37,267 nt of DNA, taken from an uncultured Actinomycetes bacterium (GTDB taxonomy: Bacteria; Actinomycetota; Acidimicrobiia; Spongiisociales; DATADW01). The number at the start of each line of letters is the position of its first letter. Position 1 is the stretch's first letter. This document shows, in pieces, positions 9,148 to 18,865 of this stretch. The stretch is taken from contig CAWGRK010000001.1 in assembly GCA_963824995.1 (NCBI GenBank), forward strand, positions 263,094 to 300,360, given 5' to 3'. Both the position numbers and the translations under genes were made by a program. Below the pieces are notes generated by a model. It was not told the DNA's origin, did no database searches, and saw nothing but the letters and a program-made list of their open reading frames with translations.

Positions 9148-10422
9148 ATGACACCTGGTGACGTCGATTTCAAGGAAGCCGCCGGGAAGCTGCACACCGA
9201 GGTCTTCGGCCGGGTTGCCAACACACCCTGGTACGCCGACGCGGTGTACCCGCGGTTCTCCGACAAGGAATACCAGCGCCGCTTCGCCGCCACGCGGGAG
9301 AAGATGAAGCGCCTCGGGCTCGACGTTCTCATCGCCTCCGGTGGTCCCAACCACTGGAGTTGGGGTGGCGGGATGCGATGGCTCAGCAACCACTGGGAGT
9401 GGCATGGCATGTCGGCGTACGTCGTGGTGCCTCCCGACGGCGAGCCGGTACTCATCTGCGGCCCCGGCGGCGCCCATCGGGAGGCGGTCCGTCGGGCGAC
9501 TCCCCTAGAGGACGTGCGCCACTCGCGGTGGGGGCGGTCGGGCGAGGTGATCGTGGATCTGGTCAAGGAGTGGGGCCTGGCCGACGCCACCATCGGTATC
9601 TCCTGCGTCGACCCCGTCTTCGGCCACCACCTTCCGGTGGACGAGTGGGAGCGGATTCGCCAGGGACTCCCCGATGCCACGCTGGAGAGGGTCGGCGATT
9701 TCTTCCACGAACTCGTCCACGTCAAGAGCGAAGAGGAGATCGAATGTGTCCGCCGCGCCGGTGAGCTGATGGACCAGGCGTTTCACGCCATGCTCGCAAT
9801 GGCCCGCCCCGGTGTGACCGAGTACCAACTGGCCGCCGCCGCCACGCACGCCGTGATGGACGGTGGCGGGCAGATGGACTTCACCATCATCGGCTCGACC
9901 CCCACCAGCAACCCGGGCATGGTGTTCGGAAACCCCTGGCCGTCGGACCGCAAGCTGGAGAAGGGCGACATCATTATCAACGAGCTGGCGTGCGGCTACC
10001 GCGGGTACTCGGTGCAGTTGGGCACGCCGATCTGCATCGGGGAGCCGCCTTCGTGGATCCGCCGGTTCTTCGAGGACATCGTCCTCCCCGGATACGACCT
10101 GATGGCCGAGCAACTGGTGGGAGGCAATACCTGGGACGATGTGATGAAGGCCAGCCGGTTCTTCGCCGAGAAGGGCTACGACTCGAGGCCCCTGTTCCTC
10201 CATTGCATCGACTTCGTCAGCCACCCGCCCCATGTGATGTACGACCACGTGGATGCCGAGCCGAACGAGCTCGAGCTGGCGGCGGGGACGGTGGCGATGC
10301 TCGAGCCGACCATCATCACCCCCGATGGCCTGCTCGGGATCTTCTTCGGTCGGACCTACGTGCTCACCGACGACGGCAACGAGAAGGTCACCCGGTTCCC
10401 CCACGAGCTGATGGTGATCTGA
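9148..10422 (+). CDS. Second M24/creatinase-fold protein with non-canonical active site
   Basis: YPRFSDKEYQRR, VKSEEEIECVRRA, RPGVTEYQL, GDIIINELACGYRGYSVQ, AMLEPT. ATG at 9148 follows AGAAGGAG. Confidence 0.85.
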   Translation: MTPGDVDFKEAAGKLHTEVFGRVANTPWYADAVYPRFSDKEYQRRFAATREKMKRLGLDVLIASGGPNHWSWGGGMRWLSNHWEWHGMSAYVVVPPDGEPVLICGPGGAHREAVRRATPLEDVRHSRWGRSGEVIVDLVKEWGLADATIGISCVDPVFGHHLPVDEWERIRQGLPDATLERVGDFFHELVHVKSEEEIECVRRAGELMDQAFHAMLAMARPGVTEYQLAAAATHAVMDGGGQMDFTIIGSTPTSNPGMVFGNPWPSDRKLEKGDIIINELACGYRGYSVQLGTPICIGEPPSWIRRFFEDIVLPGYDLMAEQLVGGNTWDDVMKASRFFAEKGYDSRPLFLHCIDFVSHPPHVMYDHVDAEPNELELAAGTVAMLEPTIITPDGLLGIFFGRTYVLTDDGNEKVTRFPHELMVI

Positions 10423-10455
10423 GCGGGTACTCGGCGTGACGCCTCGGCGGTTCCC

Positions 10456-11571
10456 TCAGATGACCGTGCCCCCGAGCCGCTCGGCCATCCAGTCGTTGAC
10501 CCAGGGCTCTGACCTGTAACCCAGGTTGCTGATGCCGTGAGTGGCGTCGTCGACGGTGATGAGGGTGGCGTTGGGTGCTTCTTCGGCGATCCGGCGGGCG
10601 TGTTCGACACCGATCAGCGGGTCGAGCATCCCATGGACGACGACGAGAGGCTGGGCGATCTTCTCGGCGACGCCGTGGAGGTCGAGGGCACCGGCCTTCT
10701 CCCTCGCCTCCTCGTCCGACGACGACCACGAGTAATGACGGAAGGCGCCCCTTGTCACCCCGGGAAGCTCGTCCCATATTGCTGCCCAGTCATACGGCCC
10801 GCAGTTGGCCACGGCAGCGGTGATACGCGGCTCGAAGGCGGCCGCCCGGCAGGCGTAGTAGCCACCGAGACTCACCCCGATTACTCCCACCCGCCCGGTG
10901 TCGATGCCGTCTCTCGAGTCCATGGCGTCGATGGCGGCGGCAACGGCGACCTCGTAGTCGTAGCGGATCGGCAGCTTGGTGCTGATCTCGCCCTGACCAG
11001 GCCCGTCGAGGCTGAGCACGGCAAGACCACGACGCAGCAGTTGCGTCCGCGCGCCGTGACGGGTCTCCTTGGTGGAGTCGAGCCCGGGTAGGAGGATGAC
11101 CAGGGGGGCTGGTCCCCTGATGCCGGGGATACTGGCTGGGATGCTGAGCAGCCCCGCCAGGTCGGCATCGGGGAAGGGGATGGTGACCTTTTCGACCGGT
11201 GGCGCCATGAAGGGCAGGACCCGGTCGTGGCACTCCACCATCTTGGCCAGACCGCTGGCGTGGGTTTGGAGGTCGTCCACCGAGAGGAAGTAGGAGAGGT
11301 GATAACAGCGCGACGCCGCCAGGAAGTGCTCAATCGCCGAGATGCGGCGCCCCTCGTCCCATGCCGCCTCGCCCATCGATTCGTGGACCCGGGCCGTCGC
11401 CATCCACTCGGGGGCCCAATCCGACCAGTCGCCGATCCTCCCCAGAGTCGCCGTCAGATCGCCCAGGGCGATATGCCCGGCGAGAAAGCGCGCTGCCCAG
11501 ATGTCGAGAACCTCCTGGATGACCGGATCCGGGTGGTGGAGGGTGCGGGTGGTGGCGGGATCAACCCTCAT
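10456..11571 (-). CDS. Alpha/beta hydrolase resembling 2,6-dihydroxypseudooxynicotine hydrolase / FrsA family
   Basis: Helical N-terminal domain (WAPEWMATARVHE), LPGLDSTKE, DGPGQGE, nucleophile GVSLGGYYA, HGMLDPL, ATHG. Confidence 0.85.
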   Translation of the reverse strand: MRVDPATTRTLHHPDPVIQEVLDIWAARFLAGHIALGDLTATLGRIGDWSDWAPEWMATARVHESMGEAAWDEGRRISAIEHFLAASRCYHLSYFLSVDDLQTHASGLAKMVECHDRVLPFMAPPVEKVTIPFPDADLAGLLSIPASIPGIRGPAPLVILLPGLDSTKETRHGARTQLLRRGLAVLSLDGPGQGEISTKLPIRYDYEVAVAAAIDAMDSRDGIDTGRVGVIGVSLGGYYACRAAAFEPRITAAVANCGPYDWAAIWDELPGVTRGAFRHYSWSSSDEEAREKAGALDLHGVAEKIAQPLVVVHGMLDPLIGVEHARRIAEEAPNATLITVDDATHGISNLGYRSEPWVNDWMAERLGGTVI

Positions 11572-11625
11572 AGACGGTCACCTCACCTCAGCCGGGAAGG
11601 GGCGCATGACATCTACCCTATCTGC

Positions 11626-11637
11626 CCTAACGTTTGC
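11626..11637. promoter_or_regulatory. Putative LacI-family operator CCTAACGTTTGC
   Basis: In the divergent gap between two hydrolase genes; matches the recurring motif. Confidence 0.62.
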
Positions 11638-11664
11638 GCGGAACCTGAGCAGAGAGGCGACCCA

Positions 11665-12569
11665 ATGGACATCGACCCGGAACGGGTCACGATCACCGAA
11701 GAAGTCGATGGCTCCGACATCCCACTGGAACTCATATACCTCGAGACCTGGGACGGGCTGTACGCCCCTATAGGTCTCCGACTTCCCAAAGGACCCGGCC
11801 CACATCCCCTCGTGCTGCTCGCCTCGGGCAACGGGGGTCGTGGCATGCCCTGGATCCGTGATGCCGTGGCCAACCGGGGATACATCATGGATCGCCTTCT
11901 CGAGCGGGGTACGCCTGTGCCTGGATCCGTTACCGCACCGAAGTGGAACTCGGTTACGACAACGGCGGCCGTCTCGTCCGCGATACCCGCCAGGGCAACG
12001 ACATGTTCAACCGATCTCCGCTGGAGTACGAGGACGAGATCGCCATCATCGAGCAGTTGAAGAAGGATCCGCGCCTCGACCCGGACCGGGTCGGTTTGAT
12101 AGGGATGAGCCACGGCGGAGAGATGGTGCTCAAGATCACCTCGGAATACCAGGGTGTGGCCGCCGCCGTCGCCTCCGAGCCTGCATCCCATGAGTTCCTC
12201 GCCCTCTCCCCGGATGACACCGCCTTCGTCGACCCCGAGACCGGGTTGCGCAACATCGAGGAAATGCAGATGGCGGAGACCGACAAGGTCCGGTCCCGCA
12301 TAGATCTGGCCAAGGCGAAGGAGCGGATCGCCACCATCGACACCCCGATCCTCGTCATGGGACGGGAGAGCGACCACCTTCAGGGGATCTTCCGCACCTC
12401 CTACGAGCTACTCGCCGAGCAGGGCAAGCCGGTCGAGTGGGTGAGCTGGGATCACGACCTGCACGGCTACGTCTATCCCCAGCGCGGCCCAGATGGTGAG
12501 TATGAGGTCAACGACGTTCAGACCAAGGCTATCGCCGGAGTCCTCGACTTCCTCGATCGCCATCTCTGA
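11665..12569 (+). CDS. Alpha/beta hydrolase (S9/dienelactone-hydrolase-like), frameshift near 11908
   Basis: N part MDIDPERV...PKGPGPHPLVLLASGNGG is in ORF 11227..12060; C part with RVGLIGMSHGGE, GRESD and HDLHGY is in ORF 11943..12569. One extra G in the run at about 11905-11909 restores ERGYACAWIRYR. Confidence 0.82.
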
Positions 12570-12588
12570 GCCCCGAGCGTCGGCAGTC

Positions 12589-12739
12589 CTTCGCTCCCCC
12601 CGGCGGGGGAGTACCCGTCGGGGGGGCTGGTTCACTCCCAAAGGTGCGAAAGCCGCGGGTCGGGCACGGTTGGGAGTTCGGCAGCCCCCTACCCGCTGCT
12701 GCGCAGCGGGTCCCTTACCCCCTGCGGGGGACCGAAAGC
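12589..12739. repeat. REP/REPIN-like palindromic intergenic element
   Basis: Hairpins CTCCCCC-CGGC-GGGGGAG (12594-12611), ACCCGCTGC-TGC-GCAGCGGGT (12691-12711) and CCCCC-TGC-GGGGG (12718-12730), plus nested stems GGGGGCTG/CAGCCCCC and ACTCCCAA/TTGGGAGT. Confidence 0.6.
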
Positions 12740-12751
12740 GTTTGACAGCTC

Positions 12752-14131
12752 GTGACCACGACTGACTCCCCCCTTGTCGCCCGCAGCACGCTGGCGCTGC
12801 TCACCGATCGGACGTTCGGGCCCTACTTCTTTGGGAATCTCGCCTCGAACATCGGGACCTGGTTCCAGCAAGTGACGGCGGCGGTGGTGGTGTTCGAACT
12901 CACTCGATCGGCTCTGGTTGTGGGCCTGGTTGCCGTTCTCCAGTTCCTACCCTCGCTGCTCCTGGCGCCATGGAGCGGAGCGGCAGCCGACCGCTTCGAT
13001 CGGCGCCGGCTGTTGATCATCGCGCAAACCCCGGCGGCAGTGGCGGCGGCGGTGCTGGCCGCCATCACCCTCACGGTCGGTCTCGACGGGTTTCCCTACG
13101 CCTGGCCGGTGCTCGCCGCCGCCGGCGTGATCGGCATCGCCCAGGCCTTCTCGGTCCCGGCGATGCAGGCACTGGTCCCCGGTCTGGTACCCGAGACCGA
13201 TCTGGCCCAGGCGGTGGCGCTCAACTCGGTCACCTTCAACCTGGCGCGGGCCGTGGGCCCTGCACTCGGTGCCGCCACGCTCGTCGCCCTCGGGCCCGGT
13301 GTCGCCTTTTCGGTCAACGCCGCCAGCTTTCTGGCGTTGATCGTTGCCCTGATCTTCATACGCTCCCGGCCGGTGGCGCGGCCGGAGCGGGCCTCGGCCT
13401 GGGGAGGTTTCCGCCATCTGCGCACCGATCCAGTGATGGCGGCGCTGTTGGTCGGTGTGGCGGCCCTTGGCTTCGGTGCCGATCCGGTGATCACCCTCGC
13501 CCCTGCGCTGGCTGACGGGCTGCTCGGGGCCGCCGAGACCGCCGCCGAGCGGGGGACGCTGGTGGGCGCCCTGGTCAGCATGTTCGGCGTTGGGGCGGTG
13601 CTGGCGATGCTGGCGGTGCCGGCCTCCCGGGATCGTATCGGGCACCGGGGAACTGCCATCGCCGGGCTATGCGTGCTCGCCGCAGGCATGATCTGCGTGG
13701 CGCTGGCACCCTCGCCGCCCTGGGCCATGGGAGCCATGGCGATAGGCGGCTTCGGGTTCCTCCTCGCGGTGACCGCGCTCACCAGCCTCATGCACCTACG
13801 GATCAACGAGCAGATGCGGGGGCGGATGATGGCGTTGTGGGGGATCGCCTTCCTCGGATCGCGGCCGCTGGCCGCCTTTCTCGACGGCCTGGTCGCCGAT
13901 ACCTTCTCTCCGGAGTTGGCCGCCGCCGTGGCGGCAGCCGTGGTGCTTGGCTGCAGTCTGGTGGTTGCGAGATTCGTCCCGAAGACCGCCAGCCGACCAA
14001 CGGGAGGAACAGATGATCACCGACGTCCACGCCCACTGCATCCCCGCCGAACTCATCGAGTGGATCCGCGCCGAGGGGGAGCAGATCGGCATCGAGGTGG
14101 TCGCCCGGTGAGCGCGGGGAGGACGTGCTGA
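12752..14131 (+). CDS. MFS transporter (3' end uncertain; may really stop near 14016)
   Basis: SNIGTWFQQV, GAAADRFDRRRLL (MFS motif A), AVALNSVTFNLARAVGPALG, MRGRMMAL; about 12 TM segments. The tail overlaps the next gene. Confidence 0.9.
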   Translation: MTTTDSPLVARSTLALLTDRTFGPYFFGNLASNIGTWFQQVTAAVVVFELTRSALVVGLVAVLQFLPSLLLAPWSGAAADRFDRRRLLIIAQTPAAVAAAVLAAITLTVGLDGFPYAWPVLAAAGVIGIAQAFSVPAMQALVPGLVPETDLAQAVALNSVTFNLARAVGPALGAATLVALGPGVAFSVNAASFLALIVALIFIRSRPVARPERASAWGGFRHLRTDPVMAALLVGVAALGFGADPVITLAPALADGLLGAAETAAERGTLVGALVSMFGVGAVLAMLAVPASRDRIGHRGTAIAGLCVLAAGMICVALAPSPPWAMGAMAIGGFGFLLAVTALTSLMHLRINEQMRGRMMALWGIAFLGSRPLAAFLDGLVADTFSPELAAAVAAAVVLGCSLVVARFVPKTASRPTGGTDDHRRPRPLHPRRTHRVDPRRGGADRHRGGRPVSAGRTC

Positions 14132-15066
14132 TCGCCGGCCGGGTCCGCAGCGGACCGCTCCGACCCGTGCTCAGCGATGTCGCAGAGCGTTTGGCGCACA
14201 TGGATGCCACCGGTGTCGGGATGCAGCTGCTCAGCGGGTGGGTCGATCTCACCGCCTACGCCCTCGAGGGCGATGCGGGAGCCGCCTATGCCAGGCGGTT
14301 CAACCGGATACTCGCCGACGAGGCGGGCCGTTTCCCCGACAGGTTCCGCGCCTTGGCGACGGTCCCGCTGCAGACACCGGGAGCGGCGGCGGACGAGCTT
14401 GTCCACGCCGTTTCCGAATTGGGGATGGTCGGGGTCGAGATCGCCACCACCGTTGACGGCAGAGATCTCGACCAGGCCGACCTCGAGCCGTTCTGGGCGG
14501 CGGCCGAGGAGCTTCGCTGTCTCGTGCTGCTCCACCCCTATGCCCCGCTCGCCGGGGTTGACCTCAGCAGGAACTTCCTCGACAACATGGTGGGCCGGCC
14601 CGCGGAGACGACGGTTGCGGTCGCCCACCTCATCTTCAGCGGCGTGCTCGATCGCTACCCCGGACTTGTCATGTGTGTCGTCCACGGCGGGGGGTTCCTT
14701 CCCTACCAGTTGGGGAGGATGGAGCGGGGCCACACCGCAGTGCCCCACCTCACCGCCAGGCACATCTCCACCTCGCCCCGCGCGGTCGCCAGACGCCTCT
14801 ACTACGACACCGTGCTCCACTCCCCCGAGGCGATCAGGTTCCTCATCGACACCGTCGGTGCCGACCGGGTCCTCCTCGGGTCCGACTACCCCTTCGAGAT
14901 GGGCGATCCCGACCCGGTGAGCACGGTCGAGGCGGTGCCCGGCCTCGATGACGAGGAGAGGCGGTCGATCCTCGAGGGGAACTTCGCAGCCCTTCTGGCC
15001 GCAGTTCAGGCTGGAGCCGGGTCGGCTGCGGGAGGCGGCGGAGCAGGACCGGGACCAGCGCGGTAA
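14013..15066 (+). CDS. Amidohydrolase-2 family (ACMSD-like decarboxylase/hydratase), frameshift near 14105
   Basis: ATG at 14013 after GGAGG gives MITDVHAHCIP (HxH motif); continues in ORF 14125..15066 with LLHP, VHGGGFLPY, YYDTV, LLGSDYPFEMG. Confidence 0.88.
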
Positions 15067-16309
15067 CGCCAGAGCTCGGGCATGAAACGGGCGATGGCGA
15101 CCGCCCCGATGACGCAGAGCACACCACCGGACACCACCGAGAACTGGACGGAGGTCACCGCAGCAACGGCTCCGGCTTCGAGGTCGCCGAGCCTGGGTCC
15201 GCCGCTCACGACTGCGCCATGGATGGCAGAGAGCCGTCCCCTCAACTCGTCGGGCACGGTCAACTGGAGAATCGTGTTCCTGAAGACGGCCGATATGACG
15301 TCGGCCGCACCGGCAACCGCCAACAACGCGAGCGCCAGCGGCAGCCATGTGGTCAGCCCGAAGGCGGCGATGGCGAAGCCCCAGACGATCACCGATATGA
15401 CCACCACCCGGCCCCGGCGGCTGACCCCACCGACCCAGCCGGCGGTGGCGGCGGCGATCATGGCGCCGACACCAGGGGCGGCGAAGAGCAGACCCACCGT
15501 CGTCGCATCGCCGCCGAGGACCACCGTCCCGATGGCGGGGAAGAGGGCGCGGGGCATCCCGAAGATCATGGCGTTGAGGTCGATCAGGAAGCACGACTGG
15601 ATGAGCCGCTGCCCCTTGAGATAGCGGAGCCCCTCCTTCATCGACGACCACCCTGCCGCGGTGCCACCGCCCTCGGGTCGCGAGCGGCCGGATCCCGAAC
15701 ATTGTCAGCGCCGATAGCACGAACAGCCCCGCCTCCAACCCGTAGGTGGCGGCGAGCGAGAACTGGGCGATGAGCAGACCCGCCAGGGCAGGACCGAGCG
15801 CGCCACCCACCTGCAGCCACCGCCTGGTTGAGGGCGAACCCGGCGGGGAGGAGGTCTCGCTGGAGCAGCGAAGGCAGAACGGCCATCCGGGCGGGGATGT
15901 CTATTGCCGAGAGTCCGGCGTTCACCCCACTGAGCACGTAGATAACCCACACTTCTGGCCGGTCCATCGCCGAGTTGACCGCCAAACCGACCGCGGTCAG
16001 TGCCAGAGCCAACTGGCTGACGAGCAACAGCTTGCGGCGATCGACCGCATCGGCGATCGACCCACCCACCAGCGACATGATGAGCAGCGGCACCACCTGG
16101 ACCAGACCGAGCGCGCCAACGGCGAGCGACGACCCGGTGAGCAGGAAGATCTGATAGGGAACGGCGACCACCGTGACCTGCCGGCCGAGGAAGGCGAGCA
16201 GGTACCCGAGGAACAGCCGGCGGAACTCCGGCGACACCCGCAACGGGGTGATGTCGACGACAAGTTGCCGTCCGAATGCCTGTCTCTTGGCTGGATCCGG
16301 GTCCGTCAC
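15006..16309 (-). CDS. MFS transporter (EntS-like), two frameshifts near 15815 and 15655
   Basis: VDITPLRVSPEFRRLF, GSIADAVDRRKLL, then GGALGPALAGLLI, then FGMPRALFP and PDELRGRLS in successive frames. GTG start overlaps the upstream TGA (GTGA). Confidence 0.85.
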
Positions 16310-17520
16310 CGCACCACTCTGCCTCGCACCACGAACAGAAACACCACACCTGCGATGGCGACGAGCATCGCGTTGATCCCGAAGGCCCAGCCGTAACCGG
16401 AACTGTCGGCGACCAGACCGAGCAGCGGTGGCCCGGCCAGCAGCCCGAGGTCGCCCGCCGTCCGGAACAAACCGAGCGCGGCCCCCCGGCTCTCCTCGCC
16501 GACGACGTCGGCGGCGAAGGCGGCGGGCGCCGGACCCGCCACCGATGTCGCCAGGGCAAGCACACCTGCGCCGGCGACAAAGACGCCGATGTCCCCGGCG
16601 AGGGCGAGCACGGTGAGGCCTGCCGCCGTGCCGAACAGGCTGGGCACGATCACCCTGCTTCGGCCATAGCGGTCGGCGGCCATCGTGGCCGGAGCGAGGA
16701 GGACGATGTTGATCAGGGCCATCCCCGACAGCAACAGCCCGATCTCGGCGAGCGACATCCCAAACTCGTCGGCGCCCGCGAGCGGGAGCAGCGTGTTCCG
16801 GGTCGTTCCCCTGGTGAGGAAGACGACCAGGTTGACCAGCAGCACGGCCACGAACGGTGGCGAAGTGAGCAGCCTCCGCCAGATGTGGGCTCGCCCCAGA
16901 CCGGCTCGGTGCGGGTGGGCGGCTTTCGCCGGACGCGTCTCCTCCAAACGGAACAGGGCGTAGAGCGATGCGGCGGCGGTCGCCGCGGCGACCACGTAGA
17001 AAGGCGCCTCGAACCCGAACCGGTCGGCCAGAAGGCCGCCTATCACAGGACCGATGGCAGTACCGATGAGCAGAGCGCCCTGATTGACCCCGAGGAGCCG
17101 CGCCCGGTTGGCGGGTTCGGAGACGTCGGCCAGATAGACGAGGGCACCGGTCATGTACATCGCCGAACCGACCCCGGCGACAAACCGCCACACCACAAGC
17201 GGGGCAAGGCTGGCAGACATGGCGGAACCAATCATCCCCACCGACACCACCAGAGGACCACCGACGAGGAGCAGCTTTCGTCCCCTGGCGTCCGCCAGGA
17301 TCCCGATCGGGACATTGAAGATCAGACGGGCGAGGCCAAAGGACGCGACCGCGACTCCCACGGCGGCGACGCTGAGGCCCATTCGCTGGGCGAAGAGCGG
17401 TAGCACCGGACCGAGAATCCCCTGGCCGGTCATCACCAAGGCGGTGGAAACCGAGACCGCGAATACGCGCTCATGGGCGCGCAACCGTCCGAGCGCGGCA
17501 AGAGCCCCGCGGATGCTCAA
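16306..17520 (-). CDS. MFS transporter (DHA1-like)
   Basis: GILADARGRK, WRFVAGVG, IGPVIGGLLAD, ADRYGR; 12-TM pattern. Confidence 0.9.
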   Translation of the reverse strand: MSIRGALAALGRLRAHERVFAVSVSTALVMTGQGILGPVLPLFAQRMGLSVAAVGVAVASFGLARLIFNVPIGILADARGRKLLLVGGPLVVSVGMIGSAMSASLAPLVVWRFVAGVGSAMYMTGALVYLADVSEPANRARLLGVNQGALLIGTAIGPVIGGLLADRFGFEAPFYVVAAATAAASLYALFRLEETRPAKAAHPHRAGLGRAHIWRRLLTSPPFVAVLLVNLVVFLTRGTTRNTLLPLAGADEFGMSLAEIGLLLSGMALINIVLLAPATMAADRYGRSRVIVPSLFGTAAGLTVLALAGDIGVFVAGAGVLALATSVAGPAPAAFAADVVGEESRGAALGLFRTAGDLGLLAGPPLLGLVADSSGYGWAFGINAMLVAIAGVVFLFVVRGRVVR

Positions 17521-17569
17521 GAGTCGGGCCGCTCTGTGGCGTACTGCTGAGATCTGGATCTAGCCACGC

Positions 17570-17581
17570 ACAATCGATTGT
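17570..17581. promoter_or_regulatory. Putative LacI-family operator ACAATCGATTGT (perfect palindrome)
   Basis: In the divergent gap between the MFS and hydrolase genes. Confidence 0.72.
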
Positions 17582-17647
17582 TGCAGTCCCCAGATCACCC
17601 GGGATCAAGCATCATCTCAGTAGCCAGATTGCGCATCAGCGCTGGGC

Positions 17648-17659
17648 ACTAACGTTTGC
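17648..17659. promoter_or_regulatory. Putative LacI-family operator ACTAACGTTTGC
   Basis: Just upstream of the AGGAG RBS of the 17681 hydrolase; nearly identical to the 11626 site. Confidence 0.68.
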
Positions 17660-17680
17660 ACACCCTCCCCAGGAGCAGTT

Positions 17681-18829
17681 GTGTCGGTTGAAGAGAGCGA
17701 CCTCCCCTTCGCCCCCAGCGAGGATCCGTTCGTCATCGAGCACGGCGGTTTCTACCGCCGCTGGATGTCGATGATCGAGGACCTCGACGAGTTGCGTACC
17801 GCTGTGGACCGACTCACCGGAACCACCGATGACGTCTGGGTCCCGGTTTGGCGCGAGCTCGGCAGACACCACGAGGATGAGGGGGATCGCCTCGAGGGCG
17901 ATGGCGCCAGGAGGGAATACCTGCTGGCCAAGACCTACTACAGCATCGGACGGTTCCCCGACGCGCTGACCCCCCTGAAGGCCGAGGTCTCGGTCGACTG
18001 CGTGCGCGCCTACCTGAAGGCGGCCGCCTACCTCGATCCGCCGCTCCAGCAGGTGGAGGTGGTGTGCGACGGCAAGGCCATCCCCTGCCACTACCGGGTC
18101 CCGGAGGGGGCGTCAGCGAGCGAGCCCGTGGCCGCGGTGCTCATCATGTGCGGGGCGGACGTGTTCAAGGAGGACCGCGGCTGGGCAGCAGAGCACGCCC
18201 TGGCGAGTGGTCTCGCCTCGCTGGTGATGGATGCCCCTGGTACCAACGAGAATCCCTTCCCATACGAGCCGGAATCGGTCAAGGCGTGGATGGCTGCGGT
18301 GGACTGGCTGGCCGAACGACCCGAGATCGCCGAAGACCGGATCGGTGCGTTCGGCATCAGCCGCGGCGGTTACTCGGTGATGCAGCTGGCAGGCACCTAC
18401 CCCGAACGGGTGATGGCAGCGGTTGCCATCGCCGGCAACCACTTCGGCTACCGGATGTCACCCGAGGAGGAGCAGGAGTTCGTCGATATGCGGAACGTGC
18501 GTTCCACGTACGTCTTCGGGGCGCCGGGGGACGGGCCCACCTTCGAGCCGACGACCGTCGAGAAGGAGGAGGAGCTGTACCGGAAGTGGTCGCTGACCGA
18601 ACTCGGGCTGGCCGATGCCATCGTCTGCCCGGTGTTGATGATCAATGGCAAGCGCGACCACCTGGCCCCTATCGGGAACATCTATTCGATGCTGGAGCAC
18701 GGTCCAGTCACCGGTCGCGAGTCCCGGGTCTACCCGGACGACGGGCACTGCGCCTTCAAGCACCGCCCCGAATGGGGTCCCGAGGCGTTCGACTGGCTGG
18801 CCGCTCGTCTCGGTTCTCAGCTCGCCTGA
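17681..18829 (+). CDS. Alpha/beta hydrolase, FrsA/DHPON-hydrolase-like
   Basis: WVPVWRELG, YYSIGRFP, MCGADVFKED, MDAPGTNE, nucleophile GISRGG, NGKRDHLAP, DDGHC; AGGAG RBS. Confidence 0.85.
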   Translation: MSVEESDLPFAPSEDPFVIEHGGFYRRWMSMIEDLDELRTAVDRLTGTTDDVWVPVWRELGRHHEDEGDRLEGDGARREYLLAKTYYSIGRFPDALTPLKAEVSVDCVRAYLKAAAYLDPPLQQVEVVCDGKAIPCHYRVPEGASASEPVAAVLIMCGADVFKEDRGWAAEHALASGLASLVMDAPGTNENPFPYEPESVKAWMAAVDWLAERPEIAEDRIGAFGISRGGYSVMQLAGTYPERVMAAVAIAGNHFGYRMSPEEEQEFVDMRNVRSTYVFGAPGDGPTFEPTTVEKEEELYRKWSLTELGLADAIVCPVLMINGKRDHLAPIGNIYSMLEHGPVTGRESRVYPDDGHCAFKHRPEWGPEAFDWLAARLGSQLA

Positions 18830-18865
18830 ATCCGGCGGCCCGCTACCCATTTGGTTAACAGAGCG

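Noticed and set aside
10456..11571. Nicotine degradation cluster
   Set aside because: A DHPON-hydrolase-like gene and a Mo subunit are present, but I see no 6-hydroxynicotine oxidase, 2,6-dihydroxypyridine hydroxylase or complete ndh/kdh subunit sets.
14053..15810. 585-aa minus-strand ORF as a single gene
   Set aside because: Only the first ~45 aa are real (middle piece of the frameshifted MFS); the rest is off-frame or antisense to the amidohydrolase.
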